Below are positions 24,172 through 37,439 of a stretch of 43,037 nucleotides of DNA, piece after piece. The position numbers and the translations under genes were made by a program. The DNA is taken from positions 96,835,838 through 96,878,874 of the forward strand of contig NC_068981.1 of the NCBI RefSeq assembly GCF_001194135.2. Direction: 5' to 3'. A model generated the notes under the pieces. It was not told where the DNA came from. It saw only the letters and a program-made list of their open reading frames with translations, and did not search any database. Source of the DNA: Octopus bimaculoides (taxonomy: Eukaryota). Numbering within the stretch: the stretch's first letter is position 1; each line of letters starts with the position of its first letter.

Positions 24172-24426
24172 CAGCGGACAGGTCGGAGGCAGTGGAGTAA
24201 TGGATTTTTGGAACTAGAAAAAACCCTAAAGACCGTGAAGATGAACGTAGGAAAAAAATTGGAGTCAGACGATATAAGAAAACGCCACCCCTGAGTTCCC
24301 CTATTTCCATCTTTGAGTGGGTGCTTTATCTACATGTATGTATGTATGTATGCATGTATGTATGTATGCACACACACTCAAATATACCGATATATATAAA
24401 TATATACAGCGAGAGAGAAATAGATT

Positions 24427-24489
<63 letters not shown>

Positions 24490-24999
24490 CAAAGAACGAA
24501 CGGGCGAGCTAATGGAGAAACATCACTAACATATCAAAGAGCGCGCGCGCACACACGCAATACGCGCATGCTCACACACAAATGGCATTCTACTTATTGA
24601 AGCATATACCCGTACATTAATNNNNNNNNNNNNNNNNNNNNNNNNNNNNNNNNNNNNNNNNNNNNNNNNNNNNNNNNNNNNNNNNNNNNNNNNNNNNNNN
24701 NNNNNNNNNNNNNNNNNNNNNNNNNNNNNNNNNNNNNNNNNNNNNNNNNNNNNNNNNNNNNNNNNNNNNNNNNNNNNNNNNNNNNNNNNNNNNNNNNNNN
24801 NNNNNNNNNNNNNNNNNNNNNNNNNNNNNNNNNNNNNNNNNNNNNNNNNNNNNNNNNNNNNNNNNNNNNNNNNNNNNNNNNNNNNNNNNNNNNNNNNNNN
24901 NNNNNNNNNNNNNNNNNNNNNNNNNNNNNNNNNNNNNNNNNNNNNNNNNNNNNNNNNNNNNNNNNNNNNNNNNNNNNNNNNNNNNNNNNNNNNNNNNNN

Positions 25000-25052
<53 letters not shown>

Positions 25053-25284
25053 TATACATGTATATATAATGTATGCATTAAGTATGTGTGTGCGTGTGCG
25101 TGTGTGCATATGCATGTGTCTGTGTGTAGATAGATAGATAGATAGATAAATGAATTATTATTGTGGAAGTATTATTTTGCAGAAGTGTATGCGGATATTA
25201 TGTTTGTATGTTAAAGTAAATGAATGTGTGTGGTTGTGTTACTTTGTGTCTGTGCGCTAGCTTCTGTGTTTGTGCATGTGTGAG

Positions 25285-25354
<70 letters not shown>

Positions 25355-26378
25355 AGAGAGAGAGAGAAAGAGAGAGATTGAAAACGCTTCACAACTCAGT
25401 CCCCCATGTAGTNNNNNNNNNNNNNNNNNNNNNNNNNNNNNNNNNNNNNNNNNNNNNNNNNNNNNNNNNNNNNNNNNNNNNNNNNNNNNNNNNNNNNNNN
25501 NNNNNNNNNNNNNNNNNNNNNNNNNNNNNNNNNNNNNNNNNNNNNNNNNNNNNNNNNNNNNNNNNNNNNNNNNNNNNNNNNNNNNNNNNNNNNNNNNNNN
25601 NNNNNNNNNNNNNNNNNNNNNNNNNNNNNNNNNNNNNNNNNNNNNNNNNNNNNNNNNNNNNNNNNNNNNNNNNNNNNNNNNNNNNNNNNNNNNNNNNNNN
25701 NNNNNNNNNNNNNNNNNNNNNNNNNNNNNNNNNNNNNNNNNNNNNNNNNNNNNNNNNNNNNNNNNNNNNNNNNNNNNNNNNNNNNNNNNNNNNNNNNNNN
25801 NNNNNNNNNNNNNNNNNNNNNNNNNNNNNNNNNNNNNNNNNNNNNNNNNNNNNNNNNNNNNNNNNNNNNNNNNNNNNNNNNNNNNNNNNNNNNNNNNNNN
25901 NNNNNNNNNNNNNNNNNNNNNNNNNNNNNNNNNNNNNNNNNNNNNNNNNNNNNNNNNNNNNNNNNNNNNNNNNNNNNNNNNNNNNNNNNNNNNNNNNNNN
26001 NNNNNNNNNNNNNNNNNNNNNNNNNNNNNNNNNNNNNNNNNNNNNNNNNNNNNNNNNNNNNNNNNNNNNNNNNNNNNNNNNNNNNNNNNNNNNNNNNNNN
26101 NNNNNNNNNNNNNNNNNNNNNNNNNNNNNNNNNNNNNNNNNNNNNNNNNNNNNNNNNNNNNNNNNNNNNNNNNNNNNNNNNNNNNNNNNNNNNNNNNNNN
26201 NNNNNNNNNNNNNNNNNNNNNNNNNNNNNNNNNNNNNNNNNNNNNNNNNNNNNNNNNNNNNNNNNNNNNNNNNNNNNNNNNNNNNNNNNNNNNNNNNNNN
26301 NNNNNNNNNNNNNNNNNNNNNNNNNNNNNNNNNNNNNNNNNNNNNNNNNNNNNNNNNNNNNNNNNNNNNNNNNNNATA

Positions 26379-26412
<34 letters not shown>

Positions 26413-26423
26413 CATACATACAT

Positions 26424-26606
26424 GGTGGTTGAAGTTTGTTTTCCATGGGTTCGCAGGTGAGATTTGAGGCCAGCCAAAGACAGACATGGTCTGTCACAGA
26501 CTGTGCACACAAAAAGGCCCTTGTCATTCACCTTCTCGATCTTTACATTTTTCCTTAAATATCTCTTGAGCCCTGCTTGCGTCATCCTGGCCTCCTCAAA
26601 CGCTTT
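26424..26606 (-). mobile_element. LINE (RTE-like) ORF C-terminal fragment with a C2H2 zinc finger, embedded in (TATG)n
   Basis: KAFEEARMTQAGLKRYLRKNVKIEKVNDKGLFVCTVCDRPCLSLAGLKSHLRTHGK has the spacing C-x2-C-x12-H-x3-H, preceded by the FE..R.....KR..RK motif seen at the end of some RTE-clade ORFs. Confidence 0.7.
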
Positions 26607-26665
26607 CATACATACATACATACACGCAGTAAACAGTAATATTTAATGATTATAATAATAATAAT

Positions 26666-26800
26666 CTTTTCTACTATACGCACAAGGTCAGAAATTTGGG
26701 GGAGAGGGCTGGTCGATTGCATCGACCTCAGCTTTCAACTGGTACTTATTTTATCGATCCCAAAAGAATGAAAGGCAAAGTCGAATTCAGAACGTGAAGT
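26666..26800 (-). mobile_element. SINE-E 3' part
   Basis: TTTCTACTATACGCACAAGG...CTGGTACTTATTTTATCGATCCCAAAAGAATGAAAGGCAAAGTCG. Confidence 0.75.
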
Positions 26801-26983
26801 GCCTGAAGAAATACAGCATGATCGTTTCTGACTTATGTACAAAGCCACCAATTTTCAGAGGTATATTATTTTATCGATGCACTCTCTTTAAAAATAAGGA
26901 CCCCATGGATAATATTGTCCTACATGCATTTGTCTAAAAGCGACAAAATAAAAGACAGATTCATTTCTAGAATATTGACCTCT

Positions 26984-27056
26984 GGCTAAAGAACCGCAGA
27001 CGGTCGACTGGCCTCGGGCTAAAGAACCGCAGACGGTCGACTGGCCTCGGGCTAAA
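26984..27056. repeat. 33-bp perfect tandem duplication (2.2 copies)
   Basis: GGCTAAAGAACCGCAGACGGTCGACTGGCCTCG at 26984 and 27017. Confidence 0.95.
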
Positions 27057-27766
27057 CAATTACAACTATTTATCTGGTAATGAAAGAGTTTTTACGTAGT
27101 CGTTTGATCGACTGGAAATAGCAGTCAAATCTCCTTGAAACTACACTATGCATTTAAAACGATAAAGAATGTGTTGGGGGTATGTTTTTGTTATGTCTCA
27201 AGCTACTGCTATCTAGCACCTTCGGATGATCTCTACTCAACCGCTACACGACGGCTACTCAACCGTTACTCAACTCCTCTACCACGGCTAGACTACCTCT
27301 ACCTATATGTCTTGGGCGATCCTACTTCTTCGCTTGGGGGCGTCGACACAACAGTTTTCTCATAGACTGTCTCTGAAAATAAAAGAACGTGATAGTCACG
27401 ACTGGAATGCGATCGATCATAATCTTGCACAAACATGTCTGCCCTGATGGTTAAACAACAAAACAACAATAATAACAGCCATTATTCTGGTCAACTCGAA
27501 ATCTTATATGTAACGTTGTATTGCATATTGTCAGGCATGCTACTGTGAAATTACCTCCCCTCCCAATTATAGATACGTGTTCCCTGCACTCGCCATCATC
27601 TCACAAACCGGTCAGTTCAAACGCAGAATCAACCTTCACATTGACATCCACCACAAGCACACTTGAAACCTAGAAGCCAAACTAACCAGCTCTTCCAAAT
27701 AATTAGTTTATAAATATATTAAAGCAATTCTTCTGACATATCAGACACTCTCTCCCCCCTCTCTCT

Positions 27767-27808
<42 letters not shown>

Positions 27809-27847
27809 CAAGAAATATATATACATGTATACACACANNNNNNNNNN

Positions 27848-27881
<34 letters not shown>

Positions 27882-28254
27882 CAAGAAATATATATACATG
27901 TATACACACATATATGTACATACTTACATCTTTATATATAAAACTCTCTCACTCTTTCCATCTGACAGACTGTCACAGATTATAATGGCATGAGACAGAA
28001 AGTGAGACTGGCCAAGAGGATATGACAGCTTTTGACAGTATATGATATAATGTCGGAGAAAGCAAGAAAAATGTCACAGATGATTATGTAACTGAGAAAA
28101 TAAAGGAAATATCTGAGATATCGAGAAGTAGGAACGGAATAATCTAGTGCGAACATGTTTGAATTTTGAAATTGTTGGACACGAATTTTCAGTGTACAAA
28201 CTCATAGTTGTTTATATGATGATGATGACAGTGATGATGATGTTGATGCTGATG

Positions 28255-28310
<56 letters not shown>

Positions 28311-28748
28311 ATGTATGTATACTTTTATTAAAGCTGCAAAATTTTCACAAATGTGTTACTCAACAGTTTCACGTTCCCGTTCGTCGGGAACGTGCAACTT
28401 TGTGTGTGTGTGTGTGTGTGTATAGGCGCGTGAAGTTCTTTGGCCTAGCGGTAAAGGTATTGCACACGCGATCACAAGAGCGTGGCTTCGATTGTAGGAC
28501 CGGGCGGTGCTTTGTGTTCTTTAGAGTATACTTCGTTTCACGTTGTCCAACGAACATTGACATCTGACAAATAGCCCACCGTGTGCATGTGCAGTCAACG
28601 TCGATTTGATGGAGGGAGAGAGAGAGCACATTTCATCATGTACGAGCATGAACATGATCGTTCTTATTGACATGCCGACTAGATCTGTTTGACTCACGCT
28701 GATAATGATGTTTCGTTATCTATGAATAAGCTAATCTTCTTCATATAT

Positions 28749-28794
<46 letters not shown>

Positions 28795-28823
28795 GCATAT
28801 ATGTATATATGCCCTAACTCTTC

Positions 28824-29025
28824 GAAACGCTTAGTTTTAGAATGGTGACAGCTGATGAAGGAAATGTTCTCTATGTGGCCAGTGTGTTTTCTGTACTCTG
28901 TTTATCATTTTGTCCACGTTTTTTCACAACGTCCTGTACCCAGATATGCATCTATATATACATGTAGATGTAGGTATGTACATACATGTACGTATATATG
29001 CTTATACTCACATATTATTTGTATT
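28824..29025 (+). mobile_element. Family B, copy 2
   Basis: Colinear with 17353-17565 at high identity by eye. Confidence 0.8.
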
Positions 29026-29634
29026 GTATATATGTATGTATACACGTATATATATATTGCGCGCTTCTTACAGTATTAAGAGGTTTTAACTCTTATTTCT
29101 TACATTATAAGTGCTTCAGCAGCCTCAGTCACAATTAGTGACGATATAATTTTTCCTTTATGGTATCATATTGCGCCTAGTTGTTTATATTAATTTTTAA
29201 TATACTCAATTAAATTTATAGATGCAAATACATAATGTATATAGATGCAAGTACATAATGTAGATTCGTAATTCACCTGTATCACAATATTTTAAGTAAA
29301 AACCCAATAACCTTTGTTTATAAAGTAAGATAAACAACCTTGTCATCTTTTTATTTCAGTATCTGCAGGCCCAATAAATATTTTTGATATAAGACAATAA
29401 TTTTCTTACAGATTTCGTGTTTTTCTAATTCACCATCCCATTGTCACGATTACAGGTTACACATGCACGCTTGCATGCATACATGCACGCATCCATCTAC
29501 CCGTTCATCCATCCTCCATCCATCCATCCATCCATCCGTACATACATACATACACGTGTATGATATATAATATATATATTATATATATGTATGTATATAA
29601 TTGTATGTGCATAAATATATATATTTATATATCT

Positions 29635-29797
29635 TTTATTCTTTTATTCTTTTATTTTTTTCAGTCATTTGACTGCGGCCATGCTGGATCACCTCAGGAC
29701 TTATTCTTTGTAAGCCTAGTACTTATTCTATCGGTCTCTTTTGTCGAACCCCTTAGTTACGGGGACGTAAACACACCAACATCGGTTGTCAAACGAT
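29635..29797 (-). mobile_element. SINE-A 3' fragment
   Basis: CAGTCATTTGACTGCGGCCATGCTGG...AAGCCTAGTACTTATTCTATCGG...ACATCGGTTGTCAA. Confidence 0.8.
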
Positions 29798-29944
29798 GTA
29801 AAAAACGCGCAATATATATATATACGCATACATATATACATACATACATACACACACACAGAGAAACATATATATATATATACATACATATATGCGTGTG
29901 TGTTTTTGTATATATGAATAAGATTAGCTCATATAAATATATCA

Positions 29945-30088
29945 TTTCAAATTTTTGCCACAAAGGCAGCTTGAGGGGGTAGATTACGCCGATTACATCA
30001 ACCCCAATGCGTAACTGGTACATATTTAATCGACTCCCAAAGGATGAAATGCAAAGTCGATCTCGGCGGAATTTGAACTTAGAACGTA
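29945..30088 (-). mobile_element. SINE-E fragment
   Basis: AACTGGTACATATTTAATCGACTCCCAAAGGATGAAATGCAAAGTCGATCTCGGCGGAATTTGAAC. Confidence 0.75.
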
Positions 30089-30566
30089 CCAGCAGTCTTG
30101 TGTATGTGTATATATACGTGTGTGTGTGTGTGNNNNNNNNNNNNNNNNNNNNNNNNNNNNNNNNNNNNNNNNNNNNNNNNNNNNNNNNNNNNNNNNNNNN
30201 NNNNNNNNNNNNNNNNNNNNNNNNNNNNNNNNNNNNNNNNNNNNNNNNNNNNNNNNNNNNNNNNNNNNNNNNNNNNNNNNNNNNNNNNNNNNNNNNNNNN
30301 NNNNNNNNNNNNNNNNNNNNNNNNNNNNNNNNNNNNNNNNNNNNNNNNNNNNNNNNNNNNNNNNNNNNNNNNNNNNNNNNNNNNNNNNNNNNNNNNNNNN
30401 NNNNNNNNNNNNNNNNNNNNNNNNNNNNNNNNNNNNNNNNNNNNNNNNNNNNNNNNNNNNNNNNNNNNNNNNNNNNNNNNNNNNNNNNNNNNNNNNNNNN
30501 NNNNNNNNNNNNNNNNNNNNNNNNNNNNNNNNNNNNNNNNNNNNNNNNNNNNNNNNNNNNNNNNNN

Positions 30567-30785
30567 GACTGAAACGAATAAAAGAATAAAAGAATTTGCC
30601 CCAGCATGGCCACAGCTCATGAGCTGAAACTAGATAAAATGATATATATAGGTGCAGGCATGGGAAGAAGCTTACTCCCCAACCATATAGTTCCGAGTTT
30701 AGTATAGTTTCACTATAGCCTCGGGCCGACCAAAGCCTTGTGAGCGGATTTGGTAGACGGAAACTGAAAGAAGCCTGTCGTATAA
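30567..30785 (+). mobile_element. Patchwork of SINE-A fragments
   Basis: Two 3'-end pieces followed by CTATAGCCTCGGGCCGACCAAAGCCTTGTGAG...GAAAGAAGCCTGTCG. Confidence 0.7.
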
Positions 30786-30839
30786 ATATATATATATATA
30801 TAGCTCGAAAGTATACAATATATTTTTAAAAAAAAAACG

Positions 30840-30990
30840 TAACTGAAAGAACAAGAAGCAGTGTATATTAGTTTAACGCTCAAGAAGAATGGAAGAGGTC
30901 TTTAACGTTTCGGAACTACGCTGTTTTACAGAAAGGAATGAGGAGAGAGAACAGACAGAGATAAAAAATGGAGAAAAAGCGAGTCTGAAT
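30840..30990 (-). mobile_element. Second, more decayed family C copy
   Basis: Minus 30935-30900 reads CUUU-CUGUAAA-A-CAGC-GUAG-UUCC-GAAA-CG-UU/AAAG, with spacing identical to the 17.7-kb motif. Confidence 0.5.
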
Positions 30991-31340
30991 TAACACATAC
31001 ACACGTGTCTGTGTGTGCATGTGTTTGTGTGCGTTAATAATCAAATATGCATTCACGTACTGAGCAGTTTTCTGTACCATGCTATAAGTGTTTCGTATAC
31101 ACACACAGACCCACGAAGTAGTTCTATTTTTTGTTTTTATGAAGTACAAAAGTCGAATGCCCCTATATTTTAATGGTGATATTTATTCGCTTCTGCTCAT
31201 GTTACTATCGGTACATGCTCCTTAGCATCACCTTAATACAGCCATATGATACACCAACACTTAGTAGAAATTGATCAGCATAACGGCACGACACAGCATC
31301 ACTACTACGCTATATACTAAGTTACCATAATACTCTAGAC

Positions 31341-31496
31341 TAGCCTTGAGCAACGTTTTTCAAGGTGTGAGCCGCATGAGACATGGGTCATCATCATCAA
31401 GCGGGCCGCATCGAAAAATTTTAATATACGTTATTTTTGTCGTGGAATTAGCGTCTCAATCACAAAGTACCGCGGGCCGGTGTTTGCCGATGATTA
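31341..31496. mobile_element. Degenerate hAT-like MITE
   Basis: Subterminal GCGGGCCGCA and CGCGGGCCGGTGTTTGCC motifs; the TIRs are weak. Confidence 0.35.
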
Positions 31497-31508
31497 CTAA
31501 GCCAATAC

Positions 31509-31660
31509 CAGTGACGTAACTGGTGCGTGTGCCGCCCGGGGAAGCTCTTAAGTTTACCGCCCCCATCCCAAGCTCCATACAGGGTTATATAGCAGACTCA
31601 AAAGTTCCACCCCTATAAAAGCACCACCTGGGGTAGTCCGTCCCACTAGTAACGCTACTG
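31509..31660. mobile_element. MITE with CAGTG-type TIRs (hAT-like)
   Basis: CAGTGACGTAACTGG versus the reverse complement CAGTAGCGTTACTAG (11/15 identical). No TSD is recognisable. Confidence 0.55.
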
Positions 31661-31899
31661 AAACAGCACGGTGACGTATTAGAATAAAACTATTCACCAT
31701 CCAAACTTTAATTAAAATCTGTCTTTATTAACATCTCTACTTCAGGCCTCTTTCTACCCATATCCTTCGGCGATGTATGAAGAAGACTTGATCAGTCAAC
31801 GAGCGAGAGCCTTCCCTTTGAGCCATGGACTTATGTCAGCACCTCAAGCTTTCTCATTCGGTTTCTCCGTGCATCCTGCACATGACCCGATGTCCTTGA

Positions 31900-32030
31900 C
31901 AGGTAAGTTTAATATTTTTTTCCTATGAAATTCTATATCAATTGTATCCATCCATCCGGGTCCTCCGCCAAATATTCCTAGGTGGGATTCGTTGCAGGAG
32001 TAGAGATTTTTGGCACCTCTCCAAAAGGTC
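31900..32030 (-). mobile_element. Third, more decayed RTE 3' fragment
   Basis: PATNPT.../GGGPGWMDTI resembles PTG.RPRGRPRTRWMD.I. Confidence 0.4.
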
Positions 32031-32059
32031 TTAACAGAAGCAACCATCATTAAACTTTC

Positions 32060-32200
32060 CTAATGGATTCCCGTGTGTGACCAACTGTGACTATGGATAT
32101 TATCTAACCATTTTCCTTTTGGTCTACCCCTATGTCTCCTGCCTTTTGACTCGGCTTCAGGAATCAATCTTGCGATTCTTCCTGCAACATCCTAATCAGA
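32060..32200 (-). mobile_element. Second RTE 3' fragment
   Basis: LIRMLQ/RIARLIPEAESKGRRHRGRPKGKWLDNIHSHSWSHTGI, the same motif as the copy above. Confidence 0.75.
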
Positions 32201-32454
32201 TAATTCTCAAACATATTTCAGTATATAAATTAGTAGCTAAAAATCATTTGGAAGTCAAACGATACCTTTTTGAACTCATTCACTTCTTTTGGGATTTCAC
32301 TATTTGCAAGTTTGAAAACTGAAGTAGTTACTACATTTCTTGCGCAATTTATCCATTGACCAAGAATATCACAATGGAACAAACCTCGAAGTTTTCAATC
32401 TTCATAAAAATTTTGTTGAAGCTTCGATAATAGCTGGTATCTTAATTCGACAAG

Positions 32455-32890
32455 GTATCTTATGTTTAGTATTAGACAGTCGTGGTAGTAGAGCCCTTAG
32501 GTACGTCTTCCATAGAGTCACATCAGAAGTAATCACTACACTTTCCTGCTGCATTCCCAAATGTGGCCAACTAAGACTACGGATATTATCCAACCATCTC
32601 GTTCTTCATCTATGTCTAGGTCTCCTTCCAGTTGGCTCGGCTTGAAGAATCCGTCTTACGATTCTTTCTTGTGACATCCTAATATCTGTAGCTGTGACCT
32701 CTCATTGCGGTCAAGTAACGTCTCAATCTGGAGAGACTTCCTGGTCTCCGAGCTACGCACCCTGTCGGATAGCGTTACTTTAGAAATCCTTCGGAGAAAT
32801 TCCATCTCAGCTACATGTGTTTACGATCGTGCACTTTCGGTCATTACCCAGCATGCATGGCCATATGTGAGAATAGGCACGAAAACTTGG
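32455..32890 (-). mobile_element. RTE-clade LINE (Rex3/Expander-like) 3' coding fragment
   Basis: VFVPILTYGHACWVMTESARS*THVAEMEFLRRISKVTLSDRVRSSETRKSLQIETLLDRNERSQL / IRMSQERIVRRILQAEPTGRRPRHR*RTRWLDNIRSLSWPHLG...LWKTYLRALLPR. Confidence 0.9.
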
Positions 32891-33924
32891 CTTTTTTTTT
32901 ACCAGCCCCTCATCTTCTAAACAATGAAGTAGTGTCGTGAAGTGTATACGTTTGAAAGGTTTCTTTATTGCTTTCTTTCAAATGGTGAAGGAACTGACTG
33001 TTAGTTACTACGTCAAACGGAATCCAGGGGCATAAAAAAACTTTAATATAATAATAATGATATAAACAAACAGAAAAAGTCACGGGAAAAATTCAATAAA
33101 TAACTGATTCAACGTGAGGTTTTTTTCTTGTTGTTGCATTGTTTTCTTTTTTATAAAACGTGATTTTTTTTTCTTTTGGTTCACATACGCGTAATGGCGG
33201 CTATTATATAAATTGTGTTGTCATTGTGCACAAGTCAGGAATTGCTAGTTAATAAACGGCTTAAAATATTTGTTTAATTACTTTATTATTTATGGGATTT
33301 AAATGAAATGTGACATTTTCTTCCTGTCATTTCTTTTTGTCCTAACCAAAATTATGGCGTATTCTGAGTGACTTTATTTCCGTTCGTTATTAAACCATCC
33401 CTGAGATGCTACGCCGTTTTGTAAATGCAATGCATATTTAATGAACGGCGAACTTGTTGTTGTTGTTGTAGTTGTTGTTGAAAGGCTTGAACAAGCAGAT
33501 CCATGACCAAAGGCATTCAAGCCATGAACATTCCGGTTATTATTTCGGATATAGCATATACAGAACTACATTATCCAACGCGTCCTTGTCCATTTTAAAA
33601 TAATAATATAATTTTAGTGTGTTTTAGCTGCTATTTCTTGCAGGTCTAAAAACCACATCGGGACTTCCACGTTGCTTTGCGAATGATAGAGCTGCGTAAA
33701 GTGTAGAACAAGTCACTGAGAAATTAATACTCCTTAGTTGCATGTAACAGTTAAGATAGCAACAAACCGGTTTCAATACCTCCTTTAACTGTGTCACAAT
33801 GGGGATAAAACATAATTTAAAATGCAAACACAAAATTACAGGATCTTATTTCCCTATCTCTAAAATATAAGGCTCTCGTCACTAGTTTTAAAAATAAACT
33901 ATTGCTTACAAGTTGCATTAATAT

Positions 33925-34120
33925 GGCGAGAATCGTTGGTGCACTGAACAAAATGCATATTGGTATTTCTTCCGATTCTTTACGTTCTCAATTCAAAAAT
34001 CCTCTGAAGTTCCAAATTCTTCTTTCGGGATCGATAAAGTATGTACCAGTTGACCACTGGGGTCAATGTAATTGACCAGCCTCAATTTCCAAAGTTTCAG
34101 GTTTTGTGCTTATAGTAGAA
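33925..34120 (+). mobile_element. Degenerate SINE-E
   Basis: GAATCGTT...TCTTTCGGGATCGATAAAGTATGTACCAGTTG...TTGTGCTTATAGTAGAA. Confidence 0.65.
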
Positions 34121-34398
34121 TTTACAAGCTACATTCACTTTATCAAAAGTACCTGCTGACAGTCGAACCAAAGTCTTCTCAGTTTACACCTCAAAAAGCG
34201 AAAACAATGAATATCTCTCAGTTGAAGAATTGTGAATTCCTATTCAATATTCAGTCGAAAGAATTGCCTGGTAGAAAACACTGACGCCTACCCTTCAGTA
34301 TATTAGACTTACTTTCGTATAGAATTGATCGAAACATGATGGGAGAGTATCCATAGACACGCACGTGCACGCATACGTACACATACACACACATGCAC

Positions 34399-34472
<74 letters not shown>

Positions 34473-34534
34473 GCACATTATCCACAAAAATACTACAGGG
34501 TTCTGCTAGGATACACGTGAAAACTTGCACACTG

Positions 34535-34960
34535 TTTCAAATTTTAGCACAAGACCAGCAATTTAGGGGTAGGGGCTAGATGATACAATCGATTTCACTA
34601 CTTTACCAGTACTTAATTTTATCGACCACGAAAAAAGGAAAGGCAAATTTTGCCGACCTCGGTGGAATTAAAACTCAGAACGGAAAAAGTCGGAAAAAAT
34701 ACCACTATTTTTGTTCGACACACAAACGATTCTGTTAGGTCCCTGCCTATTTTTTTCAAATTTTTACACAAGGCCAGTATTGTTAGGGGAGAGGCTGAGT
34801 TGATTACATTGAGCCTATTGTTCAGTTCGTATTTATTTCATCGAACTCCAAAGGATAAAACGTAGAACCAAGATCGACGGAATTTGAACTCAGAACACAA
34901 AGAGCCAGAAATGCCGCGAAGCATTTTCTATGTCTGTCTAATGATTCTGTCAGCTCGTCG
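34535..34960 (-). mobile_element. Two tandem SINE-E copies
   Basis: Family E core at about 34605-34690 and 34830-34900. Confidence 0.75.
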
Positions 34961-35606
34961 CATACTTGTACACGTATAATAAACACACAAGACTTGCACA
35001 CATGCAAACACAGATACAAGAACAAAGATACTTAGATACATACTTCCACACACGCAGATAGAAGAATTGAAACACATATACACAAGTGGAATACAGCATT
35101 CACACACACACACACACACATACACACAACTGAGAAACACAAATATTCTTATAAGCCCGCAACACACACTCATATAAATATTCAAATGCACATGTGCATA
35201 CGCATGTGTACATGAAAGTGCACACATATGAGATGCATATACACACACACACAAGATGTATAGAGACACAACATTCACACAAACAGAACATATATCATAA
35301 GCACAGAGAGAGACAAAATAAGCTCACATAATACAGATACAACACACACACACACACACACACAGCACTTTCGAGGAGACACACGTACAAGAAAAATAAA
35401 TACATACATACAATTCCATACAAAGAGAAAAGCACACGCTGGGCAAATGGACAAAATATTCACAGAGTCACGGAAAGGAAGAACGCACGCATTGAGAAAA
35501 TCATACACAATACACGAAAAAGAGTCTAACAAACGGAATAAAATACACACACACATACACAACACGCACGAGCAAGAATCTAATAGACAACACAAAACAC
35601 ACATAT

Positions 35607-35649
<43 letters not shown>

Positions 35650-36053
35650 CACATAGACGCTGTGCTCGTATCTTCAGTCGGTTGCCGTCAAATGTACAGC
35701 GGCCATCGATCATATTTGAACCATTCTTGCTCGAGAAAACAAGATAAATGGTGCAAAAACTGACGACAATGAACAAAGGCAACTGTTGTTCCAATCATGG
35801 CCTCTTTACTGATACGCATTGGCTTGGTTTTAGTTTTATTGACGTTGCTATTTGATTTATATATACATACATACATACATACATACATACATGTGTGTGC
35901 GTGTATGGCTATATTGTTTTGTAAATTGTTAAGCTATTCCACCTCACTTCATTGGAGAGTTACTCTCTCGCTCTTTCTCTCTTTTCTCTCCTCTTCCTTC
36001 TTTCACTATTAGACTGATACCATTTCAATACACTTATGGCCATTCATTATCCA

Positions 36054-36095
<42 letters not shown>

Positions 36096-36204
36096 TCTCT
36101 TTCTCTCTCTCCCTTCCTCTATCTATCTATCTATCTATCTGATTTCAACTGGACTGTTTATTATTGCTGCCGGGAGCTGGCGCGCCAATCGTCGTAAAGT
36201 CGAT

Positions 36205-36535
36205 CTTGGGCAAGTGTCTTCTACTATAGCCTCGGGCCGACCAAAGCCTTGTGAGTGGATTTGGCAAGTGGAAACTGAAAGAAGCCCGTCGTATATATGT
36301 ATATATATATGTGTGTGTGTATGTTTGTGTGTCTGTGTTTGTCCCCCTAGCATTGCTTGACAACCGATGCTGGTGTGTTTACGTCCCCGTCAATTAGCGG
36401 TTCGGCAAAAGACACCGATAGAATAAGTACTAGGCTTACAAAGAATAAGTCCCGGTGTCGACTTGCTCGACTAAAGGCGGTGCTCCAGCATGGCCGCAGT
36501 CAAATGACTGAAACAAGTAAAAGAATAAAAAAGAG
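36205..36535 (+). mobile_element. SINE-A, 5'-truncated
   Basis: Runs from CTTGGGCAAGTGTCTTCTACTATAGCC to AAGAATAAAAAAGAG at the gap edge. Confidence 0.9.
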
Positions 36536-36835
36536 NNNNNNNNNNNNNNNNNNNNNNNNNNNNNNNNNNNNNNNNNNNNNNNNNNNNNNNNNNNNNNNNN
36601 NNNNNNNNNNNNNNNNNNNNNNNNNNNNNNNNNNNNNNNNNNNNNNNNNNNNNNNNNNNNNNNNNNNNNNNNNNNNNNNNNNNNNNNNNNNNNNNNNNNN
36701 NNNNNNNNNNNNNNNNNNNNNNNNNNNNNNNNNNNNNNNNNNNNNNNNNNNNNNNNNNNNNNNNNNNNNNNNNNNNNNNNNNNNNNNNNNNNNNNNNNNN
36801 NNNNNNNNNNNNNNNNNNNNNNNNNNNNNNNNNNN

Positions 36836-37080
36836 GATATTCAGCCTGATACAGTGTGACAAGGCTGACCCTTTGAATTACAGGCACAACAGAAACAGGA
36901 AGTAAGAGAAAGTTGTGGTGGAAGAGTACAGCAGGGTTCGCCACCATCCCCTGCCGGAGCCTCGTAGAGCTTTAGGTGTTTTCGCTCAATAAACACTCAC
37001 AACGCCCGTTCTGGGAATCGAAACCGCGATCCTATGACCGCGAGTCCGCTGCCCTAACCACTGGACCATTGCGCCTCCAC
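36836..37080 (-). mobile_element. SINE-F 5' part
   Basis: Matches 111-360. Confidence 0.9.
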
Positions 37081-37439
37081 AGTAAAAATAGTAATAATGA
37101 TTTTAATGAATTAAATGAATTCTAGAATTAAATGAATCCTGGCACCCCTATTATAATACTAGTATGATCCTTGCTGTATGCCTATTTTTGCAGCCACCGG
37201 TAATATGCCACCTATCCATGTAAATTATAAACAATAAAATATAATTTAAAAGATGTCAGGTAGGAGTTATTTCCTTACGTGCAATACAGATAGATAGTCA
37301 ATGCACACATGTGTTAGGTAACCACCTGACATGTGTGCGTGTGCATAATATATATGCATATGTACATGTGATGTATTTGATTTTACCGAATTGTAGCAAA
37401 GAGGTAGTGAAGGAGCGTTATTAAAAGAAAACAATGGCC

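Noticed and set aside
27781-27910. Direct duplication around a 10-N gap
   Set aside because: The same sequence lies on both sides of the gap, typical of an unmerged contig overlap.
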